The position numbers and the translations under genes are program-made. A stretch of DNA of 64,000 nt from positions 29,244,299 to 29,308,298 of the forward strand of contig NC_134025.1 in NCBI RefSeq assembly GCF_964204645.1. Reading direction: 5' to 3'. Source of the DNA: Tubulanus polymorphus (lineage: Eukaryota > Animalia > Nemertea). This document shows, piece by piece, positions 1-12,418 of this stretch (its first letter is position 1; each line of letters begins with the position of its first letter). The notes below the pieces were generated by a model. The model was given only the letters and a program-made list of their open reading frames with translations. It was not told where the DNA came from and did not search any database.

Positions 1-3000
1 GGAGTCTGCAGTAATACAGCGGGGTCGTATTATTGTACATGTAACGACGGTTATGAGTTGAGCAGTGATGGAAAACAATGCGATGGTAGGCACAGTTTTC
101 ATTGAATCATTCGTACACGAATGGAAAAGTTCTTTATGGGAAAATTGACGGTTACTTTCAGATATCGACGAATGCAGCTCGGATTCGACCAATAACTGCG
201 GGGATGGTGGAGTCTGCAGTAATACAGCGGGGTCGTATTATTGTACATGTAACGACGGTTATGAGTTGAGCAGTGATGGAAAACAATGCGATGGTAGGCA
301 CAGTTTTCATTGAATCATTCGTACACGAATGGAAAAGTTCTTTATGGGAAAATTGACGGTTACTTTCAGATATCGACGAATGCAGCTCGGATTCGACCAA
401 TAACTGCGGGGATGGTGGAGTCTGCAGTAATACAGCGGGGTCGTATTATTGTACATGTAACGACGGTTATGAGTTGAGCAGTGATGGAAAACAATGCGAT
501 GGTAGGCACAGTTTTCATTGAATCATTCGTACACGAATGGAAAAGTTCTTTATGGGAAAATTGACGGTTACTTTCAGATATCGACGAATGCAGCTCGGAT
601 TCGACCAATAACTGCGGGGATGGTGGAGTCTGCAGTAATACAGCGGGGTCGTATTATTGTACATGTAACGACGGTTATGAGTTGAGCAGGGATGGAAAAC
701 AATGCGATGGTAGGCACAGTTTTCATTGAATCATTCGTACACGAATGGAAAAGTTCTTTATGGGAAAATTGACGGTTACTTTCAGATATCGACGAATGCA
801 GCTCGGATTCGACCAATAACTGCGGGGATGGTGGAGTCTGCAGTAATACAGCGGGGTCGTATTATTGTACATGTAACGACGGTTATGAGTTGAGCAGTGA
901 TGGAAAACAATGCGATGGTAGGCACAGTTTTCATTGAATCATTCGTACACGAATGGAAAAGTTCTTTATGGGAAAATTGACGGTTACTTTCAGATATCAA
1001 CGAATGCAGCTCGGATTCGACCAATAACTGCGGGGATGGTGGAGTCTGCAGTAATACAGCGGGGTCGTATTATTGTACATGTAACGACGGTTATGAGTTG
1101 AGCAGTGATGGAAAACAATGCGATGGTAGGCACAGTTTTCATTGAATCATTCGTACACGAATGGAAAAGTTCTTTATGAGAAAATTGACGGTTACTTTCA
1201 GATATCGACGAATGCAGCTCGGATTCGACCAATAACTGCGGGGATGGTGGAGTCTGCAGTAATACAGCGGGGTCGTATTATTGTACATGTAACGACGGTT
1301 ATGAGTTGAGCAGTGATGGAAAACAATGCGATGGTAGGCACAGTTTTCATTGAATAATTCGTACACGAATGGAAAAGTTCTTTATGGGAAAATTGACGGT
1401 TACTTTCAGATATCGACGAATGCAGCTCGGATTCGACCAATAACTGCGGGGATGGTGGAGTCTGCAGTAATACAGCGGGGTCGTATTATTGTACATGTAA
1501 CGACGGTTATGAGTTGAGCAGTGATGGAAAACAATGCGATGGTAGGCACAGTTTTCATTGAATCATTCGTACACGAATGGAAAAGTTCTTTATGGGAAAA
1601 TTGACGGTTACTTTCAGATATCGACGAATGCAGCTCGGATTCGACCAATAACTGCGGGGATGGTGGAGTCTGCAGTAATACAGCGGGGTCGTATTATTGT
1701 ACATGTAACGACGGTTATGAGTTGAACAGTGATGGAAAACAATGCGATGGTAGGCACAGTTTTCATTGAATCATTCGTACACGAATGGAAAAGTTCTTTA
1801 TGGGAAAATTGACGGTTACTTTCAGATATCGACGAATGCAGCTCGGATTCGACCAATAACTGCGGGGATGGTGGAGTCTGCAGTAATACAGCGGGGTCGT
1901 ATTATTGTACATGTAACGACGGTTATGAGTTGAGCAGTGATGGAAAACAATGCGATGGTAGGCACAGTTTTCATTGAATCATTCGTACACGAATGGAAAA
2001 GTTCTTTATGGGAAAATTGACGGTTACTTTCAGATATCGACGAATGCAGCTCGGATTCGACCAATAACTGCGGGGATGGTGGAGTCTGCAGTAATACAGC
2101 GGGGTCGTATTATTGTACATGCAACGACGGTTATGGGTTGAGCAGTGATGGAAAACAATGCGATGGTAGGCAGAGTTTTCATTGAATCAGTCGTACACGA
2201 ATGGAAAAGTTCTTTATGGGAAAATTGACGGTTACTTTCAGATATCGACGAATGCAGCTCGGATTCGACCAATAACTGCGGGAATGGTGGAGTCTGCAGT
2301 AATACAGCGGGGTCGTATTATTGTACATGTAACGACGGTTATGAGTTGAGCAGTGATGGAAAACAATGCGATGGTAGGCACAGTTTTCATTGAATCATTC
2401 GTACACGAATGGAAAAGTTCTTTATGGGAAAATTGACGGTTACTTTCAGATATCGACGAATGCAGCTCGGATTCGACCAATAACTGCGGGGATGGTGGAG
2501 TCTGCAGTAATACAGCGGGGTCGTATTATTGTACATGTAACGACGGTTATGAGTTGAGCAGTGATGGAAAACAATGCGATGGTAGGCACAGTTTTCATTG
2601 AATCATTCGTACACGAATGGAAAAGTTCTTTATGGGAAAATTGACGGTTACTTTCAGATATCGACGAATGCAGCTCGGATTCGACCAATAACTGCGGGGA
2701 TGGTGGAGTCTGCAGTAATACAGCGGGGTCGTATTATTGTACATGTAACGACGGTTATGAGTTGAGCAGTGATGGAAAACAATGTGATGGTAGGCACAGT
2801 TTTCATTGAATCATTCGTACACGAATGGAAAAGTTCTTTATGGGAAAATTGACGGTTACTTTCAGATATCGACGAATGCAGCTCGGATTCGACCAATAAC
2901 TGCGGGGATGGTGGAGTCTGCAGTAATACAGCGGGGTCGTATTATTGTACATGTAACGACGGTTATGAGTTGAGCGGTGATGGAAAACAATGCGATGGTA

Positions 3001-6000
3001 GGCACAGTTTTCATTGAATCATTCGTACACGAATGGAAAAGTTCTTTATGGGAAAATTGACGGTTACTTTCAGATATCGACGAATGCAGCTCGGATTCGA
3101 CCAATAACTGCGGGGATGGTGGAGTCTGCAGTAATACAGCGGGGTCGTATTATTGTACATGTAACGACGGTTATGAGTTGAGCGGTGATGGAAAACAATG
3201 CGATGGTAGGCACAGTTTTCATTGAATCATTCGTACACGAATGGAAAAGTTCTTTATGGGAAAATTGACGGTTACTTTCAGATATCGACGAATGCAGCTC
3301 GGATTCGACCAATAACTGCGGGGATGGTGGAGTCTGCAGTAATACAGCGGGGTCGTATCATTGTACATGTAACGACGGTTATGAGTTGAGCAGTGATGGA
3401 AAACAATGCGATGGTAGGCACAGTTTTCATTGAATCATTCGTACACGAATGGAAAAGTTCTTAATGGGAAAATTGACGGTTACTTTCAGATATCGACGAA
3501 TGCAGCTCGGATTCGACCAATAACTGCGGGGATGGTGGAGTCTGCAGTAATACAGCGGGGTCGTATCATTGTACATGTAACGACGGTTATGAGTTGAGCA
3601 GTGATGGAAAACAATGCGATGGTAGGCACAGTTTTCATTGAATCATTCGTACACGAATGGAAAAGTTCTTTATGGGAAAATTGACGGTTACTTTCAGATA
3701 TCGACGAATGCAGCTCGGATTCGACCAATAACTGCGGGGATGGTGGAGTCTGCAGTAATACAGCGGGGTCGTATTATTGTACATGTAACGACGGTTATGA
3801 GTTGAGCAGTGATGGAAAACAATGCGATGGTAGGCACAGTTTTCATTGAATCATTCGTACACGAATGGAAAAGTTCTTTATGGGAAAATTGACGGTTACT
3901 TTCAGATATCGACGAATGCAGCTCGGATTCGACCAATAACTGCGGGGATGGTGGAGTCTGCAGTAATACAGCGGGGTCGTATTATTGTACATGTAACGAC
4001 GGTTATGAGTTGAGCAGTGATGGAAAACAATGCGATGGTAGGCACAGTTTTCATTGAATCATTCGTACACGAATGGAAAAGTTCTTTATGGGAAAATTGA
4101 CGGTTACTTTCAGATATCGACGAATGCAGCTCGGATTCGACCAATAACTGCGGGGATGGTGGAGTCTGCAGTAATACAGCGGGGTCGTATTATTGTACAT
4201 GTAACGACGGTTATGAGTTGAGCAGTGATGGAAAACAATGCGATGGTAGGCACAGTTTTCATTGAATCATTCGTACACGAATGGAAAAGTTCTTTATGGG
4301 AAAATTGACGGTTACTTTCAGATATCGACGAATGCAGCTCGGATTCGACCAATAACTGCGGGGATGGTGGAGTCTGCAGTAATACAGCGGGGTCGTATTA
4401 TTGTACATGTAACGACGGTTATGAGTTGAGCAGTGATGGAAAACAATGCGATGGTAGGCACAGTTTTCATTGAATCATTCGTACACGAATGGAAAAGTTC
4501 TTTATGGGAAAATTGACGGTTACTTTCAGATATCGACGAATGCAGCTCGGATTCGACCAATAACTGCGGGGATGGTGGAGTCTGCAGTAATACAGCGGGG
4601 TCGTATTATTGTACATGTAACGACGGTTATGAGTTGAGCAGTGATGGAAAACAATGCGATGGTAGGCACAGTTTTCATTGAATCATTCGTACACGAATGG
4701 AAAAGTTCTTTATGGGAAAATTGACGGTTACTTTCAGATATCGACGAATGCAGCTCGGATTCGACCAATAACTGCGGGGATGGTGGAGTCTGCAGTAACA
4801 CAGCGGGGTCGTATTATTGTACATGTAACGACGGTTATGAGTTGAGCAGTGATGGAAAACAATGCGATGGTAGGCACAGTTTTCATTGAATCATTCGTAC
4901 ACGAATGGAAAAGTTCTTTATGGGAAAATTGACGGTTACTTTCAGATATCGACGAATGCAGCTCGGATTCGACCAATAACTGCGGGGATGGTGGAGTCTG
5001 CAGTAATATAGCGGGGTCGTATTATTGTACATGTAACGACGGTTATGAGTTGAGCAGTGATGGAAAACAATGCGATGGTAGGCACAGTTTTCATTGAATC
5101 ATTCGTACACGAATGGAAAAGTTCTTTATGGGAAAATTGACGGTTACTTTCAGATATCGACGAATGCAGCTCGGATTCGACCAATAACTGCGGGGATGGT
5201 GGAGTCTGCAGTAATACAGCGGGGTCGTATTATTGTACATGTAACGACGGTTATGAGTTGAGCAGTGATGGAAAACAATGCGATGGTAGGCACAGTTTTC
5301 ATTGAATCATTCGTACACGAATGGAAAAGTTCTTTATGGGAAAATTGACGGTTACTTTCAGATATCGACGAATGCAGCTCGGATTCGACCAATAACTGCG
5401 GGGATGGTGGAGTCTGCAGTAATACAGCGGGGTCGTATTATTGTACATGTAACGACGGTTATGAGTTGAGCAGTGATGGAAAACAATGCGATGGTAGGCA
5501 CAGTTTTCATTGAATCATTCGTACACGAATGGAAAAGTTCTTTATGGGAAAATTGACGGTTACTTTCAGATATCGACGAATGCAGCTCGGATTCGACCAA
5601 TAACTGCGGGGATGGTGGAGTCTGCAGTAACACAGCGGGGTCGTATTATTGTACATGTAACGACGGTTATGAGTTGAGCAGTGATGGAAAACAATGCGAT
5701 GGTAGGCACAGTTTTCATTGAATCATTCGTACACGAATGGAAAAGTTCTTTATGGGAAAATTGACGGTTACTTTCAGATATCGACGAATGCAGCTCGGAT
5801 TCGACCAATAACTGCGGGGATGGTGGAGTCTGCAGTAATACAGCGGGGTCGTATTATTGTACATGTAACGACGGTTATGAGTTGAGCAGTGATGGAAAAC
5901 AATGCGATGGTAGGCACAGTTTTCATTGAATCATTCGTACACGAATGGAAAAGTTCTTTATGGGAAAATTGACGGTTACTTTCAGATATCGACGAATGCA

Positions 6001-6744
6001 GCTCGGATTCGACCAATAACTGCGGGGATGGTGGAGTCTGCAGTAATACAGCGGGGTCGTATTATTGTACATGTAACGACGGTTATGAGTTGAGCAGTGA
6101 TGGAAAACAATGCGATGGTAGGCACAGTTTTCATTGAATCATTCGTACACGAATGGAAAAGTTCTTTATGGGAAAATTGACGGTTACTTTCAGATATCGA
6201 CGAATGCAGCTCGGATTCGACCAATAACTGCGGGGATGGTGGAGTCTGCAGTAATACAGCGGGGTCGTATTATTGTACATGTAACGACGGTTATGAGTTG
6301 AGCAGTGATGGAAAACAATGCGATGGTAGGCACAGTTTTCATTGAATCATTCGTACACGAATGGAAAAGTTCTTTATGGGAAAATTGACGGTTATTTTCA
6401 GATATCGACGAATGCAGCTCGGATTCGACCAATAACTGCGGGGATGGTGGAGTCTGCAGTAATACAGCGGGGTCGTATTATTGTACATGTAACGACGGTT
6501 ATGAGTTGAGCAGTGATGGAAAACAATGCGATGGTAGGCAGCACAGTTTTCATTGAATAATTCGTACACGAATGGAAAAGTTCTTTATGGGAATATTGAC
6601 GGTTACTTTCAGATATCAACGAATGCAGCTCAGATTCGACCAATAACTGCGGGGATGGTGGAGTCTGCAGTAATACAGCGGGGTCGTATTATTGTACATG
6701 TAACGACGGTTATGACTTGAGCAGTGATCGAAAACAATGCGATG
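1..6744 (+). repeat. 208-bp tandem array = 132-bp cbEGF exon + 76-bp intron, 32 full exons + 1 partial
   Basis: Unit tttcag|ATATCGACGAATGC...TGCGATG|gtaggc encodes DIDECSSDSTNNCGDGGVCSNTAGSYYCTCNDGYELSSDGKQCD (cbEGF consensus D-x-D-E-C...C-x-N-x-x-G-S-Y-x-C); few substitutions between copies. Confidence 0.97.
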
Positions 6745-9621
6745 GTTAGTGAATTCTCCTTTTGAAATACATCGTTTTATCCTCTCCCCTACTGAACCGT
6801 ATTTATTTGAGTACAGTCGACCTCGCTTTAATCGTCACTTTAGGGACCGACTCAAAGATGACGATTCATCCGATTGACGAATTAAGCGCATATGACTTTC
6901 TGAGTTATATTACCAGTAGTTTATTTCTGGAACACACGCAATCATTGGATTTATCTGATGGGTGTTTTGTGAGGTGAAAATAAAAATTGGGGCATTTAGT
7001 TTTGATTGCGTTATGCGATACTTCGTTACTTCGGCCACGCGTTGAATTTAAAGCCACTCTGACGAAGGCTACTGTCAATAATTTTGTTATTCTCATGGAC
7101 GGTTTAGTATAGTATAGTTAGTATAATATAGTTTCTTTTTAATGAATTTCAAAATTTTTCGCTTTTATTTGCAAGTTCTTAAAAAACTTTTTGGCGCCAT
7201 TTTGTTGACCACTCTACTGAGGCTCCAGTACTATGAACGGGCACGTGCAATGAGGAAAGTATATTATGTATGTTGCAATTCTTTGTGTATCGTTGCGTGC
7301 TACGAACCTAATCGGGACTGTGTCGAGACAGTTTAATAAACAGTGCAACTTACGTTTTATATTCATTTGCGCATCGACGGTTTGACCCATGTTATTTTAC
7401 GTATAAGCAACACTAACGGAACGGCAAAATAGTGACGACTAAAGCAAATAACGACTTGCGAATGACGAATTAGCCACAGAAACATCAACGAAATAACGAA
7501 CTGTTTATCCGTACTCTGATTAAGCCAGAATGATAAATTACACGCTGACGATTAAAGCGTGGTCAACTGTATTATAGTTCATCGACCCAGTCTTGCGTAG
7601 TTTTATTTCATACCTTTCTGCCATATTGGGATTTTACCTGCATCTTGTTAAAATAAGAAACATCGTATTGCTTTTATATATTCAGTTTGCACTAATCTTA
7701 CATCTTGAAATCACTATAATTACCCAATGATGGAATGATTCATAAACCTTTCATAAATATAGGATTGTTCTCCTTAGGTAGCACGTTCAATGAATCATAA
7801 TTATATTTTTGAAAATAGACTTTGACGAATGCTCTGTGGAAAATGTCAGTAAATATTGTGTCAATGGAAATTGCATTAATACGGATGGAGGTTATACTTG
7901 TGAATGTGATTCTGGTTGGGAAGGCGATTCTTGCGATATGGAAAATGCAATTCCTACTACAACGGCGGATCTAGCAGCCACATTGAAATACGAAGGTAAT
8001 ATTGGCTAGAATGCTGCTACTCCATATTGTCTTAATTTTGATACGCAATGTATTTCTCTTGACCTTCGGTTTTTTATATTGAGTAGATTTAGATGTATTT
8101 GATGCTTGTAAGAATGCTGACTGTGGGTTTGGAACCTGCCAACCTTTAATTGGAGAGGGATACACGTGTCATTGTCAGACTGGATACACAGGCGATAACT
8201 GTACCACCCCAGGTAGCATTGTTTTATGTTCACAGTTCGCAGTGACTGGATTATGTTTTTTCATGCGATAATGATATCAACTTTTAATCTATCGTCAGAC
8301 ACTTGCAGTCTTAGTGAGTGTAATGGTGGGAAATGTGCTATTAGCAATGATGGGGAAACATACTGTTTGACTTGCCCTGATGGTTTTCTTGGAGCTAGCT
8401 GTGATGAAATAGATGGTACTATGTTATCCAATCATATATATTATTGATTTTTAAGGATTGTGCATGCATTTTTCTTGATATTTTTTCCTTCATCCGTGTC
8501 CATTTTAAGGTGAGGTAGGTTTTTGGTATGAGTGGTCCAATTGGTCCGCTTGTGACACACCGTGCGGAGTTGTAGGAAGCAGATCCCGCCATAGAAAGTG
8601 TAAGAAAAGGAAATCTAAGTGTAAATTATCAGCAAGAGAAGAAAGGCCATGCAATGTTGAAGAATGTGAAGCTTGTAAGTACATTCAAAACTGGTTTGAT
8701 GTCAATTCATTTGATTTTGTCACCCGGATTTGTGATATTTGATAATCGTAATTGAAATATAAATCTAAAATGATAAATATGATGTTTTGATTATAATGCT
8801 CGTTTCGTTTCTTAAAGCGGATGGCCAAACTAATCCAAAACCATTCGACCAATACGGTGAGTTAAATATTTATTTTCATTATGTTCTTTCCTTTCTAAGG
8901 TAAATTCAATAAATCATCATATGTAGAGATATGAATGCATAGTAAAGTATTTGAATTGTTGTACGTTTTCAGATGACTTCGAAGGTACCATTGGTTGGTG
9001 GCATCCTGATATTATAAAAAATGGTTTGAAAATGAGATCATCAATTACGTTGCGAATAAAAACTGCTGTTGTATTACCTAATAAGCAGTCACCATGTAAC
9101 GGTAAGGTAGTTGGTATTAATTATAATGCCAAGAAGAGTAAATTTTCATTTTACTTCGCTGTCTGGAGATCATTCGAACAAGGTGAAAGCTATGCACTGG
9201 CCGCTGCCCGATCTATTACGTCATCTGGACGAGGGGCGCAAACTCAGATGTTCACCGACCCGATCGCTGTTTCAAAAGGAGATTCACTTGGATTTCTGCC
9301 GGCTAAAAAGGCGTCCAAACTTGAGGTTGAGGCAATAGCGTGGTACGCTTTTTGTTGCAATGCGTAAAAATGTAATTGAAATTCAATTACTCAAGTTGTA
9401 ATGCAGTGTCGAATGATGCAATTCGTTTCTATTTATTTTCTAGTCGTCGACCAGAGCATTGTTTGACGCAATGTGAATTTGCTTTGGAATTATACAACCG
9501 AATCGTGAATTACGAAAACATCAAATCAGCGAAAGTATATAAAGTCCACCAGCCGACGTCCCATCTATTGCATTGCCAAGTATACGCATTTAACGCTGTT
9601 ATTAAATGTAACGAGGAATAA
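1..9621 (+). CDS. Large extracellular multi-EGF protein (fibrillin-like cbEGF array + 3 EGF + TSP1 + C-terminal domain), 5'-truncated by window edge
   Basis: Spliced reading: partial exon 1-85, 132-bp exons at 162+208k up to 6402-6533, then 6613-6744, 7819-7995, ~8087-8212, 8299-8415, 8510-8674 (WYEWSNWSACDTPCG..RSRHRKC, TSP1), 8818-8856, 8973-9342, 9444-9621 (TAA); GT-AG introns with compatible phases; AATAAA ~9647. Confidence 0.9.
6814..7569. mobile_element. Non-autonomous Tc1/mariner (pogo/Tigger-like) MITE
   Basis: TIRs CAGTCGACCTCGCTTTAATCGTCA / TGACGATTAAAGCGTGGTCAACTG, TA on both flanks (6812-13, 7570-71); no transposase ORF. Confidence 0.85.
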
Positions 9622-10944
9622 TAATAATTGTAGCAATGATCTCACGAATAAATGATATGTGAATGATCATAAAACGATATTCTCTTGTGAGATTTCCGAT
9701 CCAGTTTTGGGCACAGTTATTTTCGCCCCTTTCCAATTCAGTGCTCTCATTTTTGAATATTCAGAGTTTCACGTGGTTTACTGAGAAACTGAAAAGGTTT
9801 TGGCTAAATAATGACTAAAACCTATGGGTAAATCCTCGACTTGATGTCTATATGTTAAATCAATAGGCCTAGAACTGAATATTGTCGCGTGACTTAAGGT
9901 GAATATGTGGCGACACCATTGTCGACACGGACGGGAATAAAGGTAGCAAAATCGGGACAATATAGGAGACCACCCTCGAGGCTCGATGAGAGGACAAGAT
10001 CTCCGGAGAAGCAACCAGCAACGCTTTTCACGATTCTCTGTGTTTTTTTCAAAATGCTCCAGCGCAAACGGCCGGCACTGTTTGAATTTAAAGAATTTCT
10101 TGTTTTTTAAAAGTACTGTAAATTTCGGTTCCGGTTGATCTACAACAATCGTCCAACCAGCCCGAACCGGCAAGCGACGGATTTGGGTTAATTTTGTAGT
10201 GATAGATCCATGGTCCCAGGACAACAAGGGAATGCGTTCTCCCCAAGATGATTTCTTAAAATCAACCCCACTATATGCATCGTGTAGAGACACGTCAAAA
10301 TTGCACAACCACGATCCACATTTATGCAAATAACAGGAGATCGAGATATAGTGTGGAATCGATTTACATTTGCATCCAGAGAAAATTAAACAGCTACTCT
10401 TATACAACCATCCACTTTCATAACAAAAACCGCAAACAGAAGATCGATTTTTTGAATCTCGCGAAAGTAACTCGGAACTCTATATAGTAACTCGGAACTT
10501 TTATACTTAAACAACATTTATTTACATTTTGCACACATCGAGAAAAAACCCCAGCTAAAACTAGACATGGGCATGAAATTCCTCCCGCGAAAACGACTAT
10601 GATACGATACAAACGCCGATACGTTATCCCGTACCGAGACGTGTCGATTCCCCTGGCGGGGCGCGTGGTTTGGACAGTTCGAAGTTTTTTCAATTTGACT
10701 CTGGATTCAAAATTTTGACAAAACAGTGATTTGAAATCAGTGAACTGATTCAAAGAAAGCGATTTTAACTCAGAACTGTGGAACCGGGCTAGGGGATGGG
10801 ATTGATTGCCTGAAACCACGAATACGCGGTCGCTCCGCCCGTCATTTGTCACGCACTCCAAGTAAATTGGCCGGTGCGATGTCCGAGATATCAACCGCGT
10901 TTTATACCTTGTTTATCCAATTCAATCAATTTTATTTATATTTC

Positions 10945-10954
10945 TGAGAGAGAC

Positions 10955-10995
<41 letters not shown>

Positions 10996-11004
10996 CAGAG
11001 AAAG
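10945..11004. repeat. (GA)n microsatellite
   Basis: Imperfect gagaga run seen directly. Confidence 0.95.
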
Positions 11005-12418
11005 ACTGAACTGAGTACTTCTTATTTCGATTTACACCATTTATTCATACTGAGCGTTAAGTATGTTAATCCGATTAATGAACTTAATGATTTTCTTTAC
11101 TCTCGAGCTTTTGACTACTGAAACAGACTATGTATCACTGGCAAAAGTGGCTCATGCACAGGTAGCATAAAAAACGGATAGGCCTAATCGTAATCCTGTG
11201 TAGTGTAAATAATGTCTATCCAATCCAGTGTCTTTAAAATCTACGAGCAATCATCATCGTTGCTATAATGTATGTAAAATCTTCACCCAGTCCTGAGAAT
11301 GGCCGGTTCACGGAGCTCCGTATACTGCCTATACTAAAGAGCTCGCGTGAACCACCCACCCAGTCATGTAGTCGTTATTTTACGTCGAAATTGCCGACTG
11401 GCGCTCAGTCGGCACTTTAACCACTCAGTACTCGGCAACTACTCATCCGATTTCAATAAATAAACTACCTACACTGACCTTATGTTGTTATCTTTTCATT
11501 GTTTACACTCCAAAGAATATATTTGAAGTTCAAGTGGCTGGAAATTGCCTCTAGAAATATTTTAGTACCGCTTTTGTTTTACTAAAAAACGGTTCCTCGT
11601 GAGACTCACCCGCATGAAAAAATCAATATCTTAGCAACACAACAATAGATACCACTCTGCGCGACTCGTGGATATTTGACAAGTCATGAAAAATCGTTTC
11701 ATACACAAATACGATGACTAAATAAACACAACAGTAAGAACAAGAAAGATCAGAGGTTTGCAATGATGGTTTATTTTTTTAAATCGGATGAATGAGAGCT
11801 GAGTAGTGATGATATAATTAGAGTTGAATTTACGATATACCACTGACACTAAGGTTCTCAGTGAAGTAAAATCACATTATTATATATACATCAATCTTTA
11901 TAGACACTGGATTAACAGATTGGAAGTGGATATTTTGCCGATGCGGCATTTTATTTTAGCAAACGCTATTTTGCCAATAATGGCTATATATATAATAAGA
12001 TATAATTAGTAATAAAATATGACAATTAAATCATTATATTGGGTTTAGGGTTAGGGTTTCGATAGGGTTAGGGTCTAGAGGGTCCAGAGCATCTATCAAA
12101 CAATTCGTCTGGTGTTCAGACTAAATCTTATCAAGCGTCAACCAAATGAATGAATACCGTTGTTGGTAGTCTAGTACCTAGCCATTGTTTGGAACCGTAA
12201 CAACGACTGGTATTCAGACTACGTTGATGGTTGTCTGGTTTGGGAGAGAGGGAGAGGGAGGGGGAGGGGGAGAGGAGCACAATAATTTCAGTCCTTTTCA
12301 ATGAAATTGCAGTGACTATCAAATCTGGCCATAAAATAGTATGTGATATCTATTTCTTAGTTAACGGACTAAACTTGGAAAGTTTGTTTCGTAACGACTG
12401 ATCACTACATGAACGACA

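Noticed and set aside
158-6643. ~30 repeated 80-aa minus-strand ORFs (MVESELHSS...)
   Set aside because: Antisense shadows of the + strand EGF exons; non-ATG starts, no recognisable domain, one copy broken by a stop
1-6744. CRISPR array or non-coding satellite
   Set aside because: No unique spacers; unit has splice sites and an intact cbEGF frame continuing into downstream exons
9778-10894. 209-aa and 158-aa minus-strand ORFs as possible transposase
   Set aside because: No catalytic or DNA-binding motif recognised; no TIR/TSD established
12040-12075. TTAGGG-like telomeric repeats
   Set aside because: Only a few degenerate units; more likely an internal repeat of a mobile element than a telomere remnant
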